From Candidatus Iainarchaeum sp. (GTDB lineage: Archaea; Iainarchaeota; Iainarchaeia; Iainarchaeales; GCA-2688035), in NCBI GenBank assembly GCA_028713935.1, contig JAQTNI010000034.1:1-14607 (forward strand): 14,607 bases of DNA, given 5' to 3'. Under the pieces are notes generated by a model that did not search any database, was not told the origin of the DNA, and was given only the letters and a program-made list of their open reading frames with translations. Positions 1-7,135 of this stretch are shown one piece after another; within the stretch, counting starts at the first letter, position 1, and each line of letters starts with the position of its first letter. Both the position numbers and the translations under genes were made by a program.

Positions 1-870
1 TTCTTTTCCCCAGCTGATTGCATTGATTACTTTGCCGCCGCCTGCGCTCCAATAAACAGGCAATCCGCTTTCCCTAATCTCTTCAACATCAATCACTGCG
101 TTCATCATTTCTTTTTTCCTGCATCTTTTGCCTACTGATTCAATCAAATAATGGGCATTTGCGCAATTTTCTTCTGTAACAGAAAAAACCATGTTCCAGT
201 CCTTGTTCACCAAGCCCAGCTTTATTTTTGCAATCCACTGCGGAACCATTTTTAATCTGTATTCGTAAAAAGGGTTGCTTCTTGTCAACTGGAAAATTTC
301 TTCTGCAGAAATTCTTGTTGGATAATCAAAGCCCATTGCAAAAATTCTTATTTCTTTCAAGTCTTTTTCTGAAGCAACCTGCTTTCCATATGGCGCGCCT
401 GGGCCGTCCACTACCATAATGTTAATTCCTCCGTAAATCGCCCTTATTGCGGATTCAGAGATTTTCATTCCAAGCTCTGCAATTTTTTCAATTGTGTAAT
501 TTGTTTCAAACAATTCATTCAAGGCAACAACCAGCGCGGCTGCCCCTGCATCGCTGCTTCCGGAATAAATTGCATAATTTGTTGATTCCACTTTTATGCC
601 AAATTTTTTTCCGGAATCTTTTTGGAAAATTTTCAAAACCTCTGCAACGCTTCTTGTCCTTTCTTCCGGCAGTTTTTCCTTGCCGACAACAAAAGAGTCC
701 AGTTTCCCAGAATTTGTTTTCTCAACAATTGTTTCTGTCCTTGTCTGCTCTTTTAAATCAGTAACAGCCAATCCCATTGTGTCATGCAATGGCCATCTGT
801 TATCTCTTACACTTGAAACAAAAACAATCGGAATAGTTGGATATGCAACAGCTTTTACTTTTTCAACCAT
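1..870 (-). CDS. GHMP-family enzyme of the mevalonate diphosphate decarboxylase superfamily, mevalonate-3-kinase-like; C-terminus runs off the left edge
   Basis: Absent from the ORF track because it is open to the window edge. From ATG (rc of 868-870) the minus strand reads 290 sense codons to position 1 with no stop: MVEKVKAVAYPTIPIVFVSS...STNYAIYSGSSDAGAAALVVAL...ISESAIRAIYGGINIMV...PVYWSAGGGKVINAISWGKE. GHMP phosphate-binding motif SGSSDAGAA at 535-564. SD-like GGTGAGG (rc of 879-885) lies 8 nt before the ATG. SAGGG (34-48) occupies the place of the canonical DAGPN of true decarboxylases. Confidence 0.75.
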   Translation of the reverse strand, partial: MVEKVKAVAYPTIPIVFVSSVRDNRWPLHDTMGLAVTDLKEQTRTETIVEKTNSGKLDSFVVGKEKLPEERTRSVAEVLKIFQKDSGKKFGIKVESTNYAIYSGSSDAGAAALVVALNELFETNYTIEKIAELGMKISESAIRAIYGGINIMVVDGPGAPYGKQVASEKDLKEIRIFAMGFDYPTRISAEEIFQLTRSNPFYEYRLKMVPQWIAKIKLGLVNKDWNMVFSVTEENCANAHYLIESVGKRCRKKEMMNAVIDVEEIRESGLPVYWSAGGGKVINAISWGKE

Positions 871-914
871 TTAAAAAACCTCACCAATTATTTATGTGCA
901 ACATTTTTAATGGC

Positions 915-1799
915 TTATCTCCCAGCTCTTCTTCGCCTGCGAAGGGGGGTTATTTTTGTATTTGCCCTTCTCTGCAACCTTACTTTTTCCCCTCTTTCTG
1001 TATGCATAAGCGTCCCAAGAAGGTCTTTTGCATGTTGCAGAACCAAGCTGGGCCTTTCATTTGGAGACAGCTTTTTTACTCTTTCAAGGCTTGTGTTTCC
1101 AGTCAAGACTAATGCAGACCTCAGTCCATTTGCTTTTGCATCCTTTATTCCGCTTAAAGAGTCTTCTATTACCCATTGCCTTCCAGGCTTTATTCCTTGC
1201 GCCAAAAGCCTTTTTGATACTTCTGCAAACATTCCCGCTTTTTTTACCTTGTCTTCCCCATAAAATAAACTTTCCTGCCTGAAATAATGCATTATTCCGG
1301 CTTCTTTCATGAATGCATCTGCATCAACTTTTTTTCCAGCAGTTACCAGTACAATAGGAATTTCTTTCTTGTTTGCCCAGTAAAGCATTTGCCTTATTTT
1401 TTCAAGCCTCGGTTCTTTTGCTTTTATTACAATTGGCTTTTTTCCAGGCACTTGCAGGCTGCCATGTGTCCTTAGAGCGTCAAATCTTTTTACAGCTTCA
1501 TCAATTAAGCTCCATTCTTGGGCAGTTAAACCCTGCCTTTTTTCTGCAACAATTCTTGGGCTTGTTTTTGCTTGTTCAAAAGAAATTCTTTCTTTTTGCA
1601 TTACATACAGCCCAGAAAGAAAATCCCTTGTAATGTGAAATTCTCCTTCGCTCCTCAACTGGTACATTTGCGGAGTGATATTAACTGCAATTCCAACAGA
1701 GCCAAGCGCTTTTGTTGCAACTTCGCACTGCCTTCTTGTATGGTCAATCAGCACTCCTTCCAAATCAAAAATAAAAGCAATTCGTTTTTGTTCCGGCAT
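915..1799 (-). CDS. HAD-superfamily hydrolase (subfamily IA-like, large cap insertion)
   Basis: ATG start with GGGGT SD-like element upstream. HAD motif I FIFDLEGVL, motif II IVLVTAG, motif IV VIEDSLSGIKDAKANG. About 110 aa lie between motifs I and II. Arg-rich C-terminal tail (PLRRRRRAGR). Confidence 0.8.
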   Translation of the reverse strand: MPEQKRIAFIFDLEGVLIDHTRRQCEVATKALGSVGIAVNITPQMYQLRSEGEFHITRDFLSGLYVMQKERISFEQAKTSPRIVAEKRQGLTAQEWSLIDEAVKRFDALRTHGSLQVPGKKPIVIKAKEPRLEKIRQMLYWANKKEIPIVLVTAGKKVDADAFMKEAGIMHYFRQESLFYGEDKVKKAGMFAEVSKRLLAQGIKPGRQWVIEDSLSGIKDAKANGLRSALVLTGNTSLERVKKLSPNERPSLVLQHAKDLLGTLMHTERGEKVRLQRRANTKITPLRRRRRAGR

Positions 1800-1837
1800 G
1801 ATTTACCCCATTATTCTTAAACACGTTAACATGAAGC

Positions 1838-2581
1838 TTATATTTTAAGGATTGCCCAAGTAGGATTTCCCTTATGCCCAAATTTGAATCCAAACGTTTC
1901 ATAATACCTCTGAAGCTTTTGTATATCCCCTGTGGATTTAACTGCCCTTGCTATTCGTATTTCGTGGATTCCTTCTTTTCTTGCAATTTGAATTGCCTCA
2001 TTTAATACTATCCTAAAAAAGTTCAGGCCTGTTCTTGTGGCTTGTACAGGCACAAAGTTTGTTTGTTGTGGTGCATTAAAATTAAGCGGTCTTTCTTCGG
2101 CTTCTATGTCAGCCATTGTCATTCTAACATGCCTAAAATCACTTATTTTTTCAGGCAGTTTTGCCCCAAACTCAACTGCATTCGCCTCTTCTATATCCAC
2201 TATTCTTCCTAGTTCGCTGATATGTGCCCAAAAAACACTTGGCATTCCTGCCCTGTCAAGGCTTACTATTTGAACCATATAATTATTTGCATGCACAGGA
2301 AATTTTAAAACTCCAAATCGTTTGCAGTTTATTCTATAAAATTTTGTTGTAATGTTACTGTACTCTGTTTTTGCCCAGCTCTCTTTTTTCCATTCCCTGT
2401 TTTTTCTAAAGTGGGAATAATCATCATAAATTTCCTCTGCCCTTTTCCTAAATGTTTTTTCTTCTTCTAGTGCCAGTTGCGTACGTTGCAACCTTGGCAT
2501 TGCTCTTCTTTTTGGGTTGGCTCTTTGCAGTTCCTTATACGTCTGCTCCCTTTCAGTAGCTTTCCTGGGTGGTTTTTGCAT
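1838..2581 (-). CDS. Hypothetical protein with basic N-terminus and GNAT-like (acyl-CoA N-acyltransferase fold) C-terminal region
   Basis: ATG preceded by GAGGGGGAT SD. C-terminal pattern VQATRTGLNFFRIVLNEAIQIARKEGIHEIRIA...LQRYYETFGFKF resembles GNAT motif A/B (RxxGxx ... YexxGF). The fold assignment is by eye only. Confidence 0.45.
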   Translation of the reverse strand: MQKPPRKATEREQTYKELQRANPKRRAMPRLQRTQLALEEEKTFRKRAEEIYDDYSHFRKNREWKKESWAKTEYSNITTKFYRINCKRFGVLKFPVHANNYMVQIVSLDRAGMPSVFWAHISELGRIVDIEEANAVEFGAKLPEKISDFRHVRMTMADIEAEERPLNFNAPQQTNFVPVQATRTGLNFFRIVLNEAIQIARKEGIHEIRIARAVKSTGDIQKLQRYYETFGFKFGHKGNPTWAILKI

Positions 2582-2654
2582 TATCCCCCTCTTCTTTTTG
2601 ACAGGTTCTTATAGTTGCAGCCATTGCTTTTGGATACAGTCTATTTTTTTCCCT

Positions 2655-3059
2655 TTACTCCACAACTTTGAATTTGTATCCATAAGCAATTGCCCCTTCC
2701 GGGTCAATATCGCTTATTTTTCTGAATTTTTTTGTTACTCTGGCCCCTGTCTTGATTTTTTCTTTTTTTGAATCCACTATCTGCGCTAATATTTTTGCCT
2801 TGTTTTCCATTTCAATTATTGCGAGAAAATAAGGAGTTTCATTTTCAAATCCAAAGGGCGCTACAGACACTTCTGTCCAGGAAACAATTTTTCCAGTGAA
2901 AGGAGTGTCTTTTTCCACTAATTTTCCTTTTCTCCTGCAGTTCGGGCAAATGCTTCTTTGAGGAAAAAAGCTTGTTTTGCAGTTTTCACAATAATTTCCT
3001 TTCAAGTAATACCTTTCAGGGTATTTTCTCCATTGCAATGGCAATGCATTGTGCACCAT
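2655..3059 (-). CDS. DUF35 Zn-ribbon/OB-fold protein, scaffold subunit of the archaeal thiolase/HMG-CoA synthase complex
   Basis: 134 aa. Zn ribbon CENC...CPNC followed by an OB-fold-like C-terminus. Perfect SD AAGGTGAT 5 nt before the ATG. Same strand as the thiolase and HMG-CoA synthase genes. Confidence 0.85.
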   Translation of the reverse strand: MVHNALPLQWRKYPERYYLKGNYCENCKTSFFPQRSICPNCRRKGKLVEKDTPFTGKIVSWTEVSVAPFGFENETPYFLAIIEMENKAKILAQIVDSKKEKIKTGARVTKKFRKISDIDPEGAIAYGYKFKVVE

Positions 3060-3071
3060 TCAAATCACCTT

Positions 3072-4343
3072 TTAGTTTTTTATAGAATATGCAAATTTGT
3101 TTCCTGTTTTTTCTCTTGAAATTAATCCTTTTTTAAGGAGGCTTGTTAAAATTTCTCTTATGTGCCTTTGGTTTCTTTTGCAAAAGTTTGAAATGTTCTC
3201 TGCGTTCAGTTCAATATTTTTCAGGCGTAATTCTTTAAGTTTTTGAAGATAGTGTATTGTTGCTTCATTTCTTGGATAAAATTCTAAGCCTTCAACATAT
3301 CTGTCCAGCACTTGCTTGAGCTTTTCTTGTTTTCTTTGCAAGCCAAAACCAATTTTTTCATAAAATTTTTGCTGGTTTTCTTTGCCAGTTATTCTTATTT
3401 CCCAGTTAATTGTTATTTCTTCAGCATTCTTGGCGTTTTTCTTGTAATTGCAAATTTTTGATTTTATTTCAAATTCTTCAAGAATTTTTTTGATATCAAT
3501 CAATATTTGGGGTTCTTGCCTTGTTTGCTCTTTCGGATAGGTTATTGGCGCTGTGAAGCTGACGCAGCGGCTATTGTGATGGTTGAAAACAGTTCCGTCA
3601 TCATCGTACAAGCGTTGCAGCAAAGCAATTTTGATTTTTTTATCCGTAGAACCCAAAAATATTTTCGGGATTCCTTGATATGGCTTGTAATTTTTGTTTC
3701 CATCTTCCAGCCCAATTGTTTTCAAAATAACGCCAATTATTTTTGGAAAAATCACGCAGGGAGCCCCACTTAATGAATGATGCCTTGCAAAATTAACTTC
3801 TCCAAAACAAGATTGCACTGCTTTTGTAAAACTTTCAATTTGCTCTTTTTCCCTGTTGAAATACCAAATTCTGCACTTGTTTTTTTCAATTCCCCCATCT
3901 CCCAAGACTGCGCCAACAACAAGCGCAAATTCGGGAGTTATTCTAAATGGCAGTTTTGGATTTTTTATGCTTTCTTTTGATTTCATTGTTTTTAATTCAA
4001 TTGTGTTTTTCTGAATCTGTTTTTCACTGATTTTCAAAATTCTTGCAATTTTTAACACTAAAGGCAAGGGCAATCCGCTTCTTTCAACGCGGTATCTCCT
4101 TGTGCTTTCGCCTCTCTTTAAACCCAAGGCTTTTGATATTTTTCCAAAAGAGCCATATTTCTTTTTCAATTCAAAAAAAATTTTTTCTCTGAATTCTGGC
4201 TTTAATTTTATTCTAACCTGCTCTTTGGGCAAATCAAACAAAGATATTTCTGCCATTTTTGAATCCCCAAAAATATTATTTTTTGTTATTTTAATTGCTT
4301 TTGAGACTCTGCGTTTCCACTGTTTTTCATCCAACAAGTTCAT
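3072..4343 (-). CDS. Free-standing double-motif LAGLIDADG homing endonuclease with N-terminal HTH and C-terminal winged-helix regions
   Basis: Two LAGLIDADG motifs about 100 aa apart: LVVGAVLGDGG (3891-3923) and LLQRLYDDDGT (3591-3626), both keeping the metal-binding acidic residue. N-terminal HTH-like FGKISKALGLKRGESTRRY. C-terminal wHTH-like HIREILTSLLKKGLISREKTGNKFAY. Own ATG 9 nt after the thiolase stop and own TAA 12 nt before the DUF35 ATG. Confidence 0.85.
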   Translation of the reverse strand: MNLLDEKQWKRRVSKAIKITKNNIFGDSKMAEISLFDLPKEQVRIKLKPEFREKIFFELKKKYGSFGKISKALGLKRGESTRRYRVERSGLPLPLVLKIARILKISEKQIQKNTIELKTMKSKESIKNPKLPFRITPEFALVVGAVLGDGGIEKNKCRIWYFNREKEQIESFTKAVQSCFGEVNFARHHSLSGAPCVIFPKIIGVILKTIGLEDGNKNYKPYQGIPKIFLGSTDKKIKIALLQRLYDDDGTVFNHHNSRCVSFTAPITYPKEQTRQEPQILIDIKKILEEFEIKSKICNYKKNAKNAEEITINWEIRITGKENQQKFYEKIGFGLQRKQEKLKQVLDRYVEGLEFYPRNEATIHYLQKLKELRLKNIELNAENISNFCKRNQRHIREILTSLLKKGLISREKTGNKFAYSIKN

Positions 4344-4352
4344 AATTTTTAC

Positions 4353-5513
4353 CTATGTTTTTTTCATTATGTGAATAACCGCAGTTGCGCCTGAGCCGCC
4401 AACATTGTGGGCCATTCCAATTTTTGCATTTTTTACTTGCCGTTTTCCTGCTGTTCCGTTTAGCTGTTCAAAGATTTCAATTGCCTGTTTTACACCTGTA
4501 GCGCCAACAGGATGCCCGCATTTTAACCCGCCTGAAGGGTTAACTGAAATTTCTGAATTCAAGGAAGTTTTTCCTTTTTCAACTGCTTTTCCGCCTTCCC
4601 CCTTTTTGAAAAAACCAAGGTCTTCTATTGCCAAAATGTTTGCTATTGAAAAGCAATCATGCAATTCAACTAAATCAATGTCTTTTGGTTCCAACTTGGT
4701 TTTTTCATAAGCCTCTTTAACAGCAATTTTTGTTGCCGCCATTTCTGTCAAAGATTTTCTTCCAGTAAGGGCAAGTGAATCAGATGCCTGTGTTGAAGCA
4801 ATTATTTCCACTGCATTTTCCAGCCCCATTTTTTTTGCTTTTTCTGTTTCACACAAAATCAATGTTGCGGCTCCGTCTGTTATTGGTGAACAATCAAGCA
4901 GTTTTAAGGGGCTTGCCACATAGCCTGATTGCATTACGTCTTCCACTGTTATTTCTCTTTGAAACTGGGAATGAGGATTATTAACCCCGTTTTTATGTGC
5001 CTGCACTGAACACATTGCCATCTGCTCTTCTGTTGTGCCGAATTCTTCCATATGCCTTCTTGCCATTAATGCATAAAGCGAGGGAAATGTTGCGCCATGG
5101 AACAATTCTGTTTCCTGGTCTCCTGCTCCGCCAAGCGCAAAGCTTGCAGCTTCAGTTGAAACCTCTGTCATTTTTTCAATTCCGCCAACAGCAACAATGT
5201 CATATGTTCCTGAAGAAATCGCGAGTATTCCGCTTCTAAGTGCAACTCCGCCTGAAGCGCAGGCAGCCTCTACTCTTGTTGAAGGAATCGGATTCAACCC
5301 CAACTGGTCTGCAATCAAAGCCCCAATATGTTCCTGCCCAATGAGCCTTCCAGAAGCCATGCAGCCTCCGTAAATTGCCTCTATTGTTTTTCCCTCTATT
5401 TTTGCGCTTTCAATTGCCTTTACGCCTGCTTCCGCTATCAGTTCGCGAAAACTTTTATCCCAGTGTTCACCAAATTTTGTTAATCCGGTTCCTATTATTG
5501 ATACGCTTCTCAT
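4353..5513 (-). CDS. Acetyl-CoA C-acetyltransferase (archaeal acetoacetyl-CoA thiolase)
   Basis: 386 aa. Active-site Cys context RVEAACASGG, C-terminal CGHPVGATG and NVGGSGAT motifs. SD AGGTGGGG before the ATG. Confidence 0.93.
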   Translation of the reverse strand: MRSVSIIGTGLTKFGEHWDKSFRELIAEAGVKAIESAKIEGKTIEAIYGGCMASGRLIGQEHIGALIADQLGLNPIPSTRVEAACASGGVALRSGILAISSGTYDIVAVGGIEKMTEVSTEAASFALGGAGDQETELFHGATFPSLYALMARRHMEEFGTTEEQMAMCSVQAHKNGVNNPHSQFQREITVEDVMQSGYVASPLKLLDCSPITDGAATLILCETEKAKKMGLENAVEIIASTQASDSLALTGRKSLTEMAATKIAVKEAYEKTKLEPKDIDLVELHDCFSIANILAIEDLGFFKKGEGGKAVEKGKTSLNSEISVNPSGGLKCGHPVGATGVKQAIEIFEQLNGTAGKRQVKNAKIGMAHNVGGSGATAVIHIMKKT

Positions 5514-5522
5514 TTCCCCACC

Positions 5523-6566
5523 TTACAATTCCTTTATTTTTTTCCTGTGCCTTGCATATTCCGCATAATCAACGTATTCTTTTTCTTTTATCATTTCAAG
5601 CACCGGCACTTTTGCCCTTTTCTTTTCAATGTTTTTTGTTGCAGTAATTGAAAAAGCATCACTCCCTGACCCTGACCCATAGCTTGCGACAAGGATTTTT
5701 TCTCCCGGCTTTGCAATGTCAAGCACGCTGCAGAGCCCTATCATGCTGCTTCCCGAATAAGTGTTTCCAATCATTGGGGTTAACAATCCCTGAATTATTT
5801 TTTTTTCATCAATTCCAAAGTTTTTTGCAATCTGCTTTGGAAATTTTCCGTTTGGCTGGTGGAAAACAGCGTAATCAAAATCATTCGGATTCATTTTTAT
5901 TTTTGCAAGCAATCCTTTCACTGCGCCAGTAATATGCTTGAAATAAGCAGGCTCTCCAGTAAACCTGCCAGCATGCTGTGGAAACTCCGCGTGCTGCCTT
6001 CTCCAGAAATCAGGAGTGTCTGTTGTGAAAGAATAAGTGTCATTTATTTCCGCGATTACTTCGTCTTCTTTTCCGCCTATTATCAATGCCCCTGCTCCGC
6101 TTCCAGCAGTGAATTCAAGGGCATCATTCGGCCTTCCCTGTGCAGTATCAGTCCCAATTGCCATTCCATATTCAATCATTCCGCTTTTTACCAGGCCCAT
6201 GCACATCTGCACTCCAGCTGTCCCTGCCTTGCATGCAAACTGCAAATCAGCAGCCATTAATTCCGGAGAAGCCTGTATTGCGTCTCCCACAATTGCCGCT
6301 GTCGGCTTTACCGCATAAGGATGGCTTTCACTGCCAACATAAATAGCGCCTATTTTTTCAGGCAAAATTTTTGCTGTTTCCAATGATTTTCTTGCAGCTT
6401 CAACTGCAAGTGTGCAGGCATCTTCATCAGCAGCAGCCAGTGCCTTTTCCTTTACGCCTATTCCCGCGGAAATTTTTTTCCCGTCTTTTTTCCAGACCCT
6501 TGCAATTTCCTCAACAGTAATTCTTCTCAGGGGAACCTGCACTCCATAACCGACAATTCCAGCCAT
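5523..6566 (-). CDS. Hydroxymethylglutaryl-CoA synthase (archaeal type)
   Basis: 347 aa. Catalytic Cys context LQFACKAGTAG, HQPNGKFP, and NTYSGSS near the C-terminus. Adjacent to the thiolase with a 9-nt gap. Confidence 0.93.
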   Translation of the reverse strand: MAGIVGYGVQVPLRRITVEEIARVWKKDGKKISAGIGVKEKALAAADEDACTLAVEAARKSLETAKILPEKIGAIYVGSESHPYAVKPTAAIVGDAIQASPELMAADLQFACKAGTAGVQMCMGLVKSGMIEYGMAIGTDTAQGRPNDALEFTAGSGAGALIIGGKEDEVIAEINDTYSFTTDTPDFWRRQHAEFPQHAGRFTGEPAYFKHITGAVKGLLAKIKMNPNDFDYAVFHQPNGKFPKQIAKNFGIDEKKIIQGLLTPMIGNTYSGSSMIGLCSVLDIAKPGEKILVASYGSGSGSDAFSITATKNIEKKRAKVPVLEMIKEKEYVDYAEYARHRKKIKEL

Positions 6567-6568
6567 TA

Positions 6569-7135
6569 TTATCCTCTCCGCTGATTTTTTTTAATAATTA
6601 ACTTTGCTGTTCTCTCACGAGCCCTGTTAAATGTGTCCAATTTTTTGCTTCCAATAATGCTTGCCAAAGCGCTATTGTTAATCGCTTGTATAACAGGCAA
6701 CATGGCCCTAGAAATTTCTATTTCACTATTTGGATCCAGTGTTTCAAAATGAGTTATTTCCCTTTCCAAGGCAACCTTTAACCTTTGCCCTTTATCGCGT
6801 ACTGCAGTTGCAACAACATTCGGCAGATCATTAGCTGTTGTTTCTGTTACAATTGGGACATACTCTGCCAGAATCCTAAACAGTCCTTTTGCACTTTTTG
6901 TTGGAATCTTCCAAAAATGTGCTGCGTGCTCAATTAAAATAGAATTTGCCACTAACTGTCTGGCTTTTTGTTGTTCTTGTTCAGGAAGTTTGCGTGTCAA
7001 TCTATCAATTAAATGCAATTGCGATTCAAGAACTAAGTTAGGGCCTAGTTCAGGAGTGCCACTATGCCGAGCTGTTATTTGTCTTAATCTACTTGATAAT
7101 GCCCCTTTTGGCTTTTCTCTTTTAGGTTCAAGCAT
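6569..7135 (-). CDS. Hypothetical alpha-helical protein (188 aa), probable paralogue of 12543-13085
   Basis: The track ORF extends to 7171. I prefer the ATG at 7135 because GGAGG sits 9 nt upstream and ATGCTTGA (7128-7135) overlaps the reductase stop. TAA ends 2 nt before the HMG-CoA synthase ATG. No recognisable catalytic or binding motif. Confidence 0.7.
   Translation of the reverse strand: MLEPKREKPKGALSSRLRQITARHSGTPELGPNLVLESQLHLIDRLTRKLPEQEQQKARQLVANSILIEHAAHFWKIPTKSAKGLFRILAEYVPIVTETTANDLPNVVATAVRDKGQRLKVALEREITHFETLDPNSEIEISRAMLPVIQAINNSALASIIGSKKLDTFNRARERTAKLIIKKNQRRG

Noticed and set aside
915-975. Arg-rich C-terminal tail of the HAD protein as a sign of a frameshift or sequencing error
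   Set aside because: I see no alternative frame that continues a HAD-like sequence, and all HAD motifs lie upstream of the tail. The tail may be genuine, so it is noted only within the HAD finding.
3072-4343. LAGLIDADG ORF as an intein or intron-encoded ORF
   Set aside because: It has its own ATG and TAA between two complete host genes. Thiolase and DUF35 are each full length with their own stop and start, so no splicing context exists.
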